This document shows, one piece after another, positions 6,779-16,403 of a DNA stretch of 42,555 nucleotides. The stretch is from Patescibacteria group bacterium. GTDB taxonomy: Bacteria > Patescibacteriota > Microgenomatia > UBA8517. A program made the position numbers and the translations under genes. Below the pieces are notes generated by a model, which was not told the origin of the DNA, ran no database searches, and was given only the letters and a program-made list of their open reading frames with translations. Every line of letters begins with the position of its first letter. Within the stretch, counting starts at the first letter, position 1. The DNA is taken from contig DATDRP010000001.1 of assembly GCA_035291665.1 (NCBI GenBank), positions 289,127 to 331,681 on the forward strand, read 5' to 3'.

Positions 6779-7336
6779 ATGATGAAACGCTTTGGCGATT
6801 TTTTTTTGGACATTTTGGAAGTAGTTGTCAGTTCTTTTGCTATATTTTTGTTTATCTATCTTCTTGTTATGCAGCCCCACAAAATAAAAGGTGCTTCAAT
6901 GGAACCGAATTTTTTTGATGGCGAATACCTTATAACCGACAAACTCACATACCGCTTTAAAGAACCAAAAAGAGGCGACGTCATTGTTTTTGAGGCTCCG
7001 GTTGCTGCTGGAGAAGAATATATCAAAAGAATCATCGGGCTTCCAGGTGAAAAAGTTTCGATTAAAGACGGACATTTATATATCAACGATAAAGTTTTAA
7101 ACGAGCCATATATACCGAGTTCGATAGTTACCAAGGGTGTACTTTTTCTGAAAAACGGCGATGAAAAAACAGTACCCCAGGATTCATATTTTGTTGTCGG
7201 AGATAACCGCCCGTCATCGTCTGATTCAAGATATTGGGGATACGTTTCAAAAAACAAAATTACCGGAAGAGCGTTCTTTATTTATTGGCCGGTTAATAAA
7301 ATGGGTTTAATCAAATTTCCCCAACCGTTTTTGTAA
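6779..7336 (+). CDS. lepB: signal peptidase I
   Basis: TM anchor followed by GASMEPNF (catalytic Ser box), RGDVIVF, YIKRIIGLPGE (catalytic Lys box) and VVGDNRPSSSDSRYWG. The start is ambiguous (ATG at 6779 or 6731). The TTG at 6566 would read through repeat R2. Confidence 0.9.
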   Translation: MMKRFGDFFLDILEVVVSSFAIFLFIYLLVMQPHKIKGASMEPNFFDGEYLITDKLTYRFKEPKRGDVIVFEAPVAAGEEYIKRIIGLPGEKVSIKDGHLYINDKVLNEPYIPSSIVTKGVLFLKNGDEKTVPQDSYFVVGDNRPSSSDSRYWGYVSKNKITGRAFFIYWPVNKMGLIKFPQPFL

Positions 7337-7343
7337 TACGTTT

Positions 7344-8195
7344 TTAATCAGTTACTGATTTATAAAGCTTTTGAAGATCTTCTTCGGTGTCCTCAACATT
7401 TCCTTTGAAAACAAACGTAACTTTTGTTTCGCGAAGGGATCTCACTAATTTTACATTTACTCTTTTCTTTTTTGCATCCGGCTCACCGTCCGACACGAAT
7501 ACTTTTAACAAATCATCCTGCATTTTATCTATATCATCCGAAACAATCCGCATGGTTGATTTTGTATAAGAAGACCTTGACATATCCTGTTGGGATTTTG
7601 CCTTCATTCTTCTTGCAAGCTCTTCCGCCCGCCTGACAGATCCCGATTCCTTGAGAATGATTTTGTATGCTTCAACCATCAAATCCGGATCATCTATTGC
7701 AGCAAGTGCGCGGGCATGGCCTTCAGTAATTAAACCCGATAATAGTCCATCTTTTAACGCGTCAGGCAACGTCAAAAGCCTGATCGAATTTGATACAAAA
7801 GCAACGGATTTTCCAATACGGACGGCTATTTCTGAAGAGGATAACCCAAATTCTGTCATCAGTCTTTCAAAACCTTTGGCTTTGTCCAATGGATTTAAAT
7901 CTACTCTTTGAACATTCTCCACAAGTGCCATCTCAAGCATGCCTTTTGGAGAGGTTTCCCGGATTACAGCAGGTACGTGAGTGAGTCCTGCCAGTTTTGA
8001 AGCACGCCATCTTCTTTCTCCTGCAATAATCTGATATCCGGCTGGTGTTTTAGCAACCACAAGCGGTTCAAGGACGCCATGCTCTTTTATTGAATCAACA
8101 AGATCGACTAAACTTTCCGGAGTTATTGTTCCGCGCGGCTGAAGCGGATTTGGCTGCAGTTGATCGACTGGAATTTGAACTACTTCATCTACCAT
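7344..8195 (-). CDS. parB: ParB/Spo0J-type partition protein
   Basis: PNPLQPR, LVDSIKEHGVLEPLVV and IIAGERRWRASKLAG are ParB-box motifs, followed by an HTH region. No parA gene is adjacent. Confidence 0.92.
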   Translation of the reverse strand: MVDEVVQIPVDQLQPNPLQPRGTITPESLVDLVDSIKEHGVLEPLVVAKTPAGYQIIAGERRWRASKLAGLTHVPAVIRETSPKGMLEMALVENVQRVDLNPLDKAKGFERLMTEFGLSSSEIAVRIGKSVAFVSNSIRLLTLPDALKDGLLSGLITEGHARALAAIDDPDLMVEAYKIILKESGSVRRAEELARRMKAKSQQDMSRSSYTKSTMRIVSDDIDKMQDDLLKVFVSDGEPDAKKKRVNVKLVRSLRETKVTFVFKGNVEDTEEDLQKLYKSVTD

Positions 8196-8212
8196 ATTAA
8201 AAAATTTAAATG

Positions 8213-8458
8213 CTATACGACTGAGACTACTTTCTTGCCCAAACTTTCCTTAAATTTAACTTTCCCCTTCTTTACGGCAAACAGCGTATGATCCCGTCCG
8301 ACCTTTACACCGGTACCCGCATCAAATTTTGTACCTCTTTGTTTGACAATTATTGATCCCGTATTGACGGATTGACCATCGTGAAGTTTTACACCCAGGT
8401 ATTTGGGTCGGGATCTTTTTTGCTGGACCAGCTTTCCGCCTTGTTTTTTAGTTGACAT
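8213..8458 (-). CDS. rpmA: 50S ribosomal protein L27
   Basis: LGVKLHDGQSV...IIVKQRGTKFDAGTGVKVGRDHTLFA matches the L27 consensus. Confidence 0.95.
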   Translation of the reverse strand: MSTKKQGGKLVQQKRSRPKYLGVKLHDGQSVNTGSIIVKQRGTKFDAGTGVKVGRDHTLFAVKKGKVKFKESLGKKVVSVV

Positions 8459-8496
8459 TTTAAGATTTTATTTAAATTCGTTTATTTGTGATACAA

Positions 8497-8525
8497 ACTA
8501 TATTAGATATTTTCACGGATGTCAA
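8497..8525 (-). promoter_or_regulatory. putative promoter in the rplU-rpmA spacer
   Basis: On the minus strand: TTGACA (8525-8520), 17-nt spacer, TATAGT (8502-8497). Confidence 0.45.
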
Positions 8526-8566
8526 CAGATCAATAATTTATACATTGATATAGTATGAAGTACTGC

Positions 8567-8866
8567 TTATGCTATTTTCTCCAGTTTTAATCGTGTATAT
8601 TGCGGACGAAATCCGATTTTTCTCCTGTATCTTGATTTAGCTTTATATTTGGAAACCATAATTTTGTCACCTTTAACTATTTCTTCTATAACTTTTAAGT
8701 CTATTTTCACTCCGGCAACTTCCGGATTTCCTAGTTTAAATTTCTCGCCATCGACATATAGTAAAATTTTTGGATCAAGTTTACCGACAACTTTATCCAC
8801 GAGAATAGATGTACCTTCGCTTAACAGATGCTGCTTGCCGTTTATTTTTACAACTACGTATTTCAT
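8567..8866 (-). CDS. rplU: 50S ribosomal protein L21
   Basis: MKYVVVKINGKQHLLSEG... with a C-terminal KAKSRYRRKIGFRPQYT, typical of L21. It lies immediately upstream of rpmA, the conserved gene order. Confidence 0.95.
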   Translation of the reverse strand: MKYVVVKINGKQHLLSEGTSILVDKVVGKLDPKILLYVDGEKFKLGNPEVAGVKIDLKVIEEIVKGDKIMVSKYKAKSRYRRKIGFRPQYTRLKLEKIA

Positions 8867-8893
8867 ATTAAAAATATATCTAAGAACTTATGT

Positions 8894-8922
8894 ATTGTAT
8901 ATAAAATCGAACCTAAACTCAA
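8894..8922 (-). promoter_or_regulatory. putative promoter for rplU
   Basis: On the minus strand: TTGAGT (8922-8917), 17-nt spacer, TACAAT (8899-8894). Confidence 0.4.
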
Positions 8923-8926
8923 GTTC

Positions 8927-9973
8927 CTATTTCTTAGATGGACCCGTAACAAGAGACAATGATATCATTGTTGCAATCAGTGAAGATCCCCCCGCAGATA
9001 CTAGCGGAAGCGGAACACCTGTAATCGGCAGGATCCCCAAATTCATACCCACATTGATGGCTGTCTCAATAAATAATGTAGTAAAAATACCAACTACATA
9101 TATTTTATAATTCTCATAATTTGATCCATCTATTATTTTTAATAACCTATAAAGAAGGATAAACATACTGAGAAGGATAACAGAGGCTCCAATTAAACCC
9201 ATCTCTTCGGAAATAGACGCAAAGACAAAATCAGTATGTTTTTCCGGTAGAAATTGAAGTTGTGTTTGTGCACCCTTACCCAATCCCTTACCGAATATTT
9301 TTCCGGAACCTACCGTAATAATTGATTGGATTGTGTTATAGCCTTGTCCTTGAGAATCTTTTGCCGGGTTTAAGAAGAAACTGAGCCGATCCCTTTGATA
9401 TGGCTTAAGAAGCGACAACGTTAAGGGGATTATTACCAATAAAAACAAAGTCAAAACGATGAAATTCTTCTTATTTAAAAATTTATATAAATACATCGAA
9501 AGAAGTCCGATCGATGTAATAAGGGCAACGCCGAGTGATGGCTGTATTGCAATTAGAACTACGGGTAAAAGTATAAGAAATACCAGTAAAATATGCTTCT
9601 TATATGAATATGTTTTTTGAACAATAAGATTACTGAAGAAGATTATCAAAAAAGGTCGGATTAGTTCAGATGGCTGTATCGCAAGTGGTCCGATTGCCAA
9701 CCATCTTACCGTTCCCCGGGTTATAGTTCCCAATAGATAGGTCAAAATTAAAAAAAGAATTGACATCACGTACAAAAGCACGGAAAAATAACTTAACATT
9801 TCATAACCGATGCTATGGAAGAGAATAAAAATTACAAACGATGCGATAATATAAATATAATATTGCGGGAAAAGCTCCGGGTTTAACGTTTTAAGTACAA
9901 ATATACTGAAAACAATAAGCACAAGTACCGGAATCACGATAAACAGATCTGAGATCTTTAATTTTTTAAGCAT
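8927..9973 (-). CDS. rodA: SEDS-family peptidoglycan polymerase, RodA-like
   Basis: Polytopic membrane protein with QPSE, LQPSLG, PEKHTDFVFA and GVPLPLVSAGGSS motifs of the FtsW/RodA/SpoVE family. It lies outside the dcw cluster, so it is called RodA rather than FtsW. Confidence 0.85.
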   Translation of the reverse strand: MLKKLKISDLFIVIPVLVLIVFSIFVLKTLNPELFPQYYIYIIASFVIFILFHSIGYEMLSYFSVLLYVMSILFLILTYLLGTITRGTVRWLAIGPLAIQPSELIRPFLIIFFSNLIVQKTYSYKKHILLVFLILLPVVLIAIQPSLGVALITSIGLLSMYLYKFLNKKNFIVLTLFLLVIIPLTLSLLKPYQRDRLSFFLNPAKDSQGQGYNTIQSIITVGSGKIFGKGLGKGAQTQLQFLPEKHTDFVFASISEEMGLIGASVILLSMFILLYRLLKIIDGSNYENYKIYVVGIFTTLFIETAINVGMNLGILPITGVPLPLVSAGGSSLIATMISLSLVTGPSKK

Positions 9974-9980
9974 TGAGGAA

Positions 9981-12881
9981 TTAAGCTTTTTCGACTGTCA
10001 AAGTATCGCCTTTTTTTATTGACTTCGCAATTATTTTTGTGGTTAACCAATCCAAATTATTTTTGTTTGCCGGCAGCCAATCAGATACAACATTAATTTT
10101 TTCATCCAACATGATATTCAAATCCTTTCTCATATTCTGAATTTTCCGAATCAAATCCCTTGTATCAGCTTCATCTTGAAGTTCAGGAGTTATTATAAAA
10201 TCGGGCAGGTGTGAAGGTTTCTTACCTTTTTTAACTTTCCATGTTTTTACATTAAGCTCTTCCAATAAATATTTGTAAAGCCTTTCGTCGGGAATTTCAA
10301 AATCAACAACCGAATCAAGCTTGGAAAGCGGTACCCTGACGGCGATACCTTTTGCTTTTCTTTGCGCATGGACAATTTCAACAACCGACCTGATGTTCTC
10401 CATATCTTTAATTAAATCTTCCGATTTTGTAATCATATCCACCGGCCAATTGTCGAGATGAACTGATTCTCTTTTTGTAAGGTTTTTGTAGATCGCATCG
10501 GAAATAAAAGGGGTAAAGGGGGCGAGCATTTTTGATAAATTTAACAGTATAAAATAAGCTGTCTCATAAAAACCGGTTTTTGATTTTTCATCATTTGCGG
10601 ATGGACCCACTCTATCGCGCGATCTTCTTATATACCAATTGGATAAATCATCAATAAATTTTTCAATTGATGATGTTGCAACATTAGGTTTATATTCAAT
10701 AAGACTAACGGTTGTTATATCCAATGTTTCTGAATAACGTTCAATTATCCATCGGTCAAGGGGTTCACTGACGTTGGGAATGGATTCATCTTTATTCGGC
10801 GACCAACCATCAATATTTGCATACGAAACAAAAAAATTTACAACGTTCCACAATTTCAAATAAAACCTGCGTCGGACATCGTCGGCAATTTTATATCCAA
10901 AAAGCATATTGTCCGATGGGTTTGAGGAAAGGTACATCCATCGCATGACATCAGCACCAATTTTTCCGGCTGCCTCGTTAAATTCGATTGAATTACCCCA
11001 ACTCTTATGCATTGGCCGGCCATCTTCCGCCAAAAGCGTTGCGAAACCGAGAACGGTTTTATATGGTTCGCGATTTTCCAGAATCGTGCTCATTGCAAGA
11101 ACCGAGTAGAACCAATTCTTAAACTGTCCCGGAAAGCTTTCCGTAATAAAATCGGCAGGAAACCAATTTTCAAAATCTTTCTTATCATTTTTATATAACA
11201 GATTACCCGAATTATCCGAAGAGATGGTCGAAAATGGTACTATGCCTGCATCAAGCCAGGGATTTCCAACATCAGGTATGCGTCTCATTAATTTACCGCA
11301 TTTTGGACATTTGATTGAGACCAAGTCAATATATGGCTTATGGGGAGTGTGGCCGTCAAATTTATCCCAACCATCGACAGCTTTTTCTTTTAGCTCCTCG
11401 CGGCTTCCGATAACTTCAAAGTTTCCGCATTCACATTCCCAAATCGGAAGCGCTAGACCCCAGTAGCGGTTTTTCTTTGAAATTAACCAGTCGTGCATAT
11501 TGTTCAACCAATCCAATTCCCGTTTAAGTCCGAAGTGCGGAATCCATTTTATTTTCCTGGTAACCCTCTTCATGTCTTCGCGGACCGGATCAATGGCAAT
11601 GTACCATTCATCCGCTAATTTCCAGACAAGTTCGCTTTTACAGCGCCAGCAAGCGGGGTACCGATGGAGATACTCCTGAGTTTTGAATAAATAAAATCCA
11701 TTATTGTTTGTTTGCAGGAAGTCAATAATAACCTGAGGATTCTCTTTAGCATTTATTCCAGTCAAGCTCCCAAAATCTGCTAAATACTCAGCTGAGTCGT
11801 TTATCGCAGGTATTACAGGCAAACCCAGCTTTTTACCCAATTTATGGTCTTCAGCCCCAGTACCGGTTGAAGTGTGCACCAATCCGGTCCCTTCATCTTC
11901 AGTGATTGGCATAATCATTGGGTCTGTGGCAACTACTTCATGAAAACCCCTAGTGTCTTTGTAAGCCTTAATCGCCTGGAGGTCGTCAAAGGGTGCTGTA
12001 TATTTAAGACCCACCAGTTCTGATCCCTTCAAAGACTTTAATACTTTTTCATTTTCTGCAAAAACCTTTTCGCGAAGAGATTCCATGATCCAATATTTTT
12101 TATCGTCTTTTTGAACCAAGCAGTAAGTTCGTTTTTCATCAACCGCAACCGAAATATTTGCAGGAATCGTCCAGGGAGTTGTGGTCCAGACCAAAAGAAA
12201 CTCATTATCGCGTCCGATTATTGGCAAGCGTAGAAAAATTGAAGTATGCTTCACCTCTTTGTAGTCCTCAGTTAAAATCTCATGCTCGGAGATTGCAGTC
12301 TCACACCTATAGCACCAAGGCACTACATCTTTGCCTTTATAAATAAGCTTTTTCTCATGACAGACTTTTAAAAAATGCCAAATCATATAGTTGTTTTCAT
12401 CACTCATCGTGTAATAAGAGTGATCCCAATCCATGAAATTACCCAGACGAATTGTTTGTTTTGTCTGGATTTCTGAATACTTTTCGACCCTTTCGCGGCA
12501 TTTTTGTATAAACTCGGAAATTCCGTATTTTTCAATATCTTTTTTGCTTTTGAATCCAAGTTCTTTCTCAACCTCAACCTCAACCCAAAGCCCTTGGCAG
12601 TCAAATCCGTTTTGGAACCTCTGCCTGAATCCTCTCATATTGTAAAATCGCTGCCACAAATCTTTATAGGTTCTACCCCATGCGTGATGAACCCCCATCG
12701 GGTTATTTGCTGTTATCGGACCATCGAGGAAGGAAAAAAATTTTTCACTTTTTTTGTTCTTGTTAAGATATTTTTCTACAATACCCTTTTCGTACCAATC
12801 CTTAAGTGTTTGCTCCTCTTCTTTTGCAAAATCCTGGTGTAAATCTACGTTTTCGAAGTATGGACTGCCTTTTCTTACCAT
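9981..12881 (-). CDS. ileS: isoleucyl-tRNA synthetase (variant signature motifs)
   Basis: 966-aa class Ia aaRS with a CP1 editing domain (WTTTPWT) and Zn-ribbon-like CxxC pairs. GVHHAWGR stands in place of HIGH (12672-12698) and PMHKS in place of KMSKS (11001-11015). Confidence 0.96.
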   Translation of the reverse strand: MVRKGSPYFENVDLHQDFAKEEEQTLKDWYEKGIVEKYLNKNKKSEKFFSFLDGPITANNPMGVHHAWGRTYKDLWQRFYNMRGFRQRFQNGFDCQGLWVEVEVEKELGFKSKKDIEKYGISEFIQKCRERVEKYSEIQTKQTIRLGNFMDWDHSYYTMSDENNYMIWHFLKVCHEKKLIYKGKDVVPWCYRCETAISEHEILTEDYKEVKHTSIFLRLPIIGRDNEFLLVWTTTPWTIPANISVAVDEKRTYCLVQKDDKKYWIMESLREKVFAENEKVLKSLKGSELVGLKYTAPFDDLQAIKAYKDTRGFHEVVATDPMIMPITEDEGTGLVHTSTGTGAEDHKLGKKLGLPVIPAINDSAEYLADFGSLTGINAKENPQVIIDFLQTNNNGFYLFKTQEYLHRYPACWRCKSELVWKLADEWYIAIDPVREDMKRVTRKIKWIPHFGLKRELDWLNNMHDWLISKKNRYWGLALPIWECECGNFEVIGSREELKEKAVDGWDKFDGHTPHKPYIDLVSIKCPKCGKLMRRIPDVGNPWLDAGIVPFSTISSDNSGNLLYKNDKKDFENWFPADFITESFPGQFKNWFYSVLAMSTILENREPYKTVLGFATLLAEDGRPMHKSWGNSIEFNEAAGKIGADVMRWMYLSSNPSDNMLFGYKIADDVRRRFYLKLWNVVNFFVSYANIDGWSPNKDESIPNVSEPLDRWIIERYSETLDITTVSLIEYKPNVATSSIEKFIDDLSNWYIRRSRDRVGPSANDEKSKTGFYETAYFILLNLSKMLAPFTPFISDAIYKNLTKRESVHLDNWPVDMITKSEDLIKDMENIRSVVEIVHAQRKAKGIAVRVPLSKLDSVVDFEIPDERLYKYLLEELNVKTWKVKKGKKPSHLPDFIITPELQDEADTRDLIRKIQNMRKDLNIMLDEKINVVSDWLPANKNNLDWLTTKIIAKSIKKGDTLTVEKA

Positions 12882-12922
12882 GAAGCTATTTTACAATATT
12901 TATTCGGATTTTGTTAATTTAC

Positions 12923-13123
12923 TTACCGAGAAGCCGTACGGTACCTGAAATTTCTAAATTCCACCTTAGAACCTTCAGGTTTTTTATTTACAATTTCTTG
13001 CACAATTCCTGTAAAACCTTTGGGGGTACCGTAGATTAATCCGTGTTTAACAAATTTCCCATTTGAATCAAAGTGTTCAACTTCCGCAGTTATGCTTGTG
13101 ATCCGATCGGTAAACTCACTCAT
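12923..13123 (-). CDS. hypothetical small protein
   Basis: 66-aa ORF filling the ftsZ-ileS spacer on the same strand. No motif recognised. Confidence 0.45.
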   Translation of the reverse strand: MSEFTDRITSITAEVEHFDSNGKFVKHGLIYGTPKGFTGIVQEIVNKKPEGSKVEFRNFRYRTASR

Positions 13124-13179
13124 ATTTAAAAATTATTACATCCTTCGAAATCCAATCTCGGCATTCATAAAATATTCCC

Positions 13180-14334
13180 TTACTGGATTTTTCTCAAAAA
13201 TGCCGGAATCTCGAACTTTTCACCAAATTCGTCTTCGTCCTCAGCCGGACTGTCGCCGCCTAAATCATCTGTTGGGGATTCAAACTTATCTTCTTCATCT
13301 GATTGGGGTTTTTCACTGACCACACCTTCCACAATCGGCTGAATTCGCGGTTGATTCATTTTTGCAAGCCTGGCTCTCGTTTCGTCGAATCCTGTGGCAA
13401 CAACCGTAATTCTTACCTGGTCTGACATATCGGTTTTGACAACTGAGCCGAAAATAATGTTTGCATCAGTATCTGCTGATGCCGATATAATTTTTGCCGC
13501 TTCATCAACTTCGTACATCGTCAGATCGGGTCCGCCGGTAATATTAAATAAAACTCCGGTAGCACCTTCTATAGATAGATCCAATAACGGTGACGCAATA
13601 GCTGCTCTTGCTGCCATTTGCGCCCGATTTTCTCCGACTCCGGTCCCGATTCCCAATAAGGCAGTCCCTGCATCTTTCATTACTGTTTTTACATCAGCAA
13701 AATCAACATTAATAAGCCCCGGTGTTGTTATAATCTCAGAAATTCCTCCGACTGCTTGGGCAAGAACATTGTCAACAACCTTGAAAGCTTCCAAAAGCGT
13801 CATTTTGCGGTCAATCACATCCATCAGCCTCTGGTTTGGAATTACAATTAATGTGTCCACCTGTTCTTTGAGTTTTTCGATGCCGTCTTCTGCAGCAACA
13901 GTCCGTCTTGCCCCCTCGAAATGAAAGGGTTTTGTAACTACTCCGACTGTCAATGCTCCTGTTTCTTTTGCTAATTTTGCGACAATCGGCGACGCCCCTG
14001 TACCGGTACCTCCACCCATACCTGCGGTAATAAATACCATATCCGAATCCAAAAGTAGTTCTTTTATTTTCTCCTGTGATTCTTCAGCCGCCTGTTGACC
14101 GACTACCGGGTCTCCTCCAACACCCAAACCTTTAGTAATTTTTTCACCTATTTGAAGTTTTGTCGGAGCTTTATTATTCAGAAGTACCTGGGCATCGGTG
14201 TTCATAACAATAAACTCAACACCCTTAACTTCGCTGCCTTCAACCATTGAAGATACTGCATTTCCCCCTCCTCCGCCCACTCCGACAACTTTAATCTTTG
14301 CTATTCTTGCTGCGTCAGGTTTTACAAGTGCCAT
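13180..14334 (-). CDS. ftsZ: cell division GTPase FtsZ
   Basis: [10 protein letters not shown] and the tubulin signature [10 protein letters not shown], plus the C-terminal peptide EIPAFLRK. Confidence 0.98.
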   Translation of the reverse strand: MALVKPDAARIAKIKVVGVGGGGGNAVSSMVEGSEVKGVEFIVMNTDAQVLLNNKAPTKLQIGEKITKGLGVGGDPVVGQQAAEESQEKIKELLLDSDMVFITAGMGGGTGTGASPIVAKLAKETGALTVGVVTKPFHFEGARRTVAAEDGIEKLKEQVDTLIVIPNQRLMDVIDRKMTLLEAFKVVDNVLAQAVGGISEIITTPGLINVDFADVKTVMKDAGTALLGIGTGVGENRAQMAARAAIASPLLDLSIEGATGVLFNITGGPDLTMYEVDEAAKIISASADTDANIIFGSVVKTDMSDQVRITVVATGFDETRARLAKMNQPRIQPIVEGVVSEKPQSDEEDKFESPTDDLGGDSPAEDEDEFGEKFEIPAFLRKIQ

Positions 14335-14364
14335 AGTTCAATAGAGATTCATCAATATGAGCAG

Positions 14365-14393
14365 ATTCTAAGGTAGAAATACTAATATTGCAA
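14365..14393 (-). promoter_or_regulatory. putative internal promoter for ftsZ in the ftsA-ftsZ spacer
   Basis: On the minus strand: TTGCAA (14393-14388), 17-nt spacer, TAGAAT (14370-14365). Confidence 0.4.
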
Positions 14394-14399
14394 ATTAAC

Positions 14400-15665
14400 T
14401 CAGGGCAGAAGATCCTTTAATGTAGTAATGATTTTACTCGCAATACCTTTAGTTGGCAATTTGAATTTTTTAACAAATGATGTCCCCGAATCCTTTGGGG
14501 TCTTTTTTTGTCCATAAAGAATAAGTCCGACCGGTGTTGCAAATGAAGGGTTGGCGACATCGTCTATCAAACCATTCATGCCTTCAGGTATGCCAAGTCT
14601 GACCGGATACTGCAGCATGCGTCGGGCGCTTTCCTCCAAGCCGATGACATTAGCCCCTCCTCCGGTAACTACTATTCCCGAAGGAATCTTAGACATTAGT
14701 TTTTCTTTTTCCAGCTGGTTTTTTACCATCGTGAAGATTTCGTTCAACCTCGGTCTTATTATGCCTTCGACGAGAGTTTTTTTGGATATTTTTTTATTTT
14801 CTTCAACTCCAAAACTGGTCAAATTCAGTTGATCCGAATCTTTATCTTTTGAAGGTTTAGACTTTGAAAGCATTACTTTTATTTTTTCGGATGATTCAAG
14901 CGAAACGCGAAGGCCAATTGCCAAATCATTTGTTACATTTTTGGAACCAATCGGAATTACCCCCGAATAAATCAAAGATCCTTCATTAAATACCGCGAGT
15001 GAAGTCGTACCTCCTCCAATATCAACAAGAACACACCCAAGCTCCTTCTCTGTTTTTGTCAAAATCGCTTCCGATGCTGCAATCCCGCAATAAACAAACT
15101 CATCAACGCTGATCCCCACCTCGTTTAAAACTTTTTCAATATTTTTTACTGCTGCGGCTGAAGCAGTAATCAAATGCGTTTCAACTTCCAACCTGACGCC
15201 TGTCATCCCTATCGGGTCTTTCACACCCTCTTCGCCATCTACTAAATATTCACGGGGGATTACATGAATCAACTGACGCGATGAAGGAAGTGAAACTGCA
15301 CTCGCAGCATCTATAACCCGTTCAACATCTTCTTTTGAAATCTCCTCATTCGGGTTAGATACAGCTACTACTCCTCTCGTATTTTGAGACATAATATGTG
15401 CTCCGCCAAGAGAAACATAAGCTGAAGCCAGATTATATCCTGCCATCCGTTCTGCTCCCTCAACAGATGAAATTGTTGCTTCAATTGCTTCTTCCAGATC
15501 AACAATTTGTCCTTTCCTTATACCGCGGGACTCTGCCGTCGAAACACCGACTACATTTAAGGTTGTCGAAAAATCAGCTAAATCAGTTTGGGCACTTGCA
15601 ATAATTGTTGTAATTTTGGAAGAACCTAGTTCGATTCCGGCAATTACACGAGATTTTGTTTTCAT
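14400..15665 (-). CDS. ftsA: cell division protein FtsA
   Basis: Actin/Hsp70-fold motifs (IELGSSK, LVDIGGGTTS, VVTGGGAN) and position between ftsQ and ftsZ. Confidence 0.95.
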   Translation of the reverse strand: MKTKSRVIAGIELGSSKITTIIASAQTDLADFSTTLNVVGVSTAESRGIRKGQIVDLEEAIEATISSVEGAERMAGYNLASAYVSLGGAHIMSQNTRGVVAVSNPNEEISKEDVERVIDAASAVSLPSSRQLIHVIPREYLVDGEEGVKDPIGMTGVRLEVETHLITASAAAVKNIEKVLNEVGISVDEFVYCGIAASEAILTKTEKELGCVLVDIGGGTTSLAVFNEGSLIYSGVIPIGSKNVTNDLAIGLRVSLESSEKIKVMLSKSKPSKDKDSDQLNLTSFGVEENKKISKKTLVEGIIRPRLNEIFTMVKNQLEKEKLMSKIPSGIVVTGGGANVIGLEESARRMLQYPVRLGIPEGMNGLIDDVANPSFATPVGLILYGQKKTPKDSGTSFVKKFKLPTKGIASKIITTLKDLLP

Positions 15666-16403
15666 TTATATATATCTTATGACAGGATTTTTGAATCTGA
15701 AATCTATCGCTTCTATTCTATCAAACCCCGATTTCTTTCCGTTGTCCAAAATAACGGGGTATTTTGATAAAACATAATACGCTTTTGCGCTTATTAAATC
15801 ACTATTCCCCTCTAAAGGAAATAATAGCTTAGTTTTGCCATCCACTTCAACTATAAACTGATTCTCCTCTAAAACTGCCTTAGCAAACGGAGAGAAATTT
15901 CTGATTGAAGTTAAAAGTTGTATCGGAAAAAGCACTCTATCATCAACTTTATTCCCGATAATAAATGATTTATCTCCAACTTCAATTACAGGAAGCGGCG
16001 TCTCTTTAGATGTTCCCAAGACATAACCCGAATCATCTACCAGAAAAAAAAGATCACTACTACTACCCTTCAGTGATAAATCAGCGACTCTTTCTACCAG
16101 TTTTATACTCAATGTGTCAGGCGGCACATACTTTATGAAATACTTTTCAACTAAATAATTTTTGTCCAGTATCTTCTGAACATTCCTTTTCGAAGTATAA
16201 AAGTTTTTTTTATCCTTAGTATTTACGACATCGGTAATATATTTTGAACAACTTCCAAACTGGTTTTCGCATATTATATTTCTTATTTTAAGGTTGACAA
16301 AAAGAAATATTGAGGCGATCAAAATTCCAATTAATAGGATAATTCTCAAATGAACCTGTTTGAATCTGAAATGTAAATTACCGTTGTGTCTTCCCCTTCT
16401 CAT
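15666..16403 (-). CDS. ftsQ: cell division protein FtsQ/DivIB-like
   Basis: Single TM helix plus a POTRA-like extracytoplasmic domain, positioned between murG and ftsA. ATG at 16403 (MRRGRHNG...) is preferred; the track start at 16499 would overlap murG by 122 nt. Confidence 0.8.
   Translation of the reverse strand: MRRGRHNGNLHFRFKQVHLRIILLIGILIASIFLFVNLKIRNIICENQFGSCSKYITDVVNTKDKKNFYTSKRNVQKILDKNYLVEKYFIKYVPPDTLSIKLVERVADLSLKGSSSDLFFLVDDSGYVLGTSKETPLPVIEVGDKSFIIGNKVDDRVLFPIQLLTSIRNFSPFAKAVLEENQFIVEVDGKTKLLFPLEGNSDLISAKAYYVLSKYPVILDNGKKSGFDRIEAIDFRFKNPVIRYI

Noticed and set aside
7344-8195. A parS site (TGTTNCACGTGAAACA-like) in or near parB
   Set aside because: No match was found by eye. 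The closest, GGTACGTGAGTG near 7971, shares only the central ACGTGA.
13394-13924. Long antisense ORFs opposite real genes (13394-13924 opposite ftsZ, 580-1047 opposite the CAP gene, 6856-7257 opposite lepB, 8649-9110, 18126-18446, 18961-19338, 34021-34422 and others)
   Set aside because: These are shadow ORFs on the strand opposite strongly supported genes. They have low-complexity, Ser/Pro/Thr-rich composition and no motifs.
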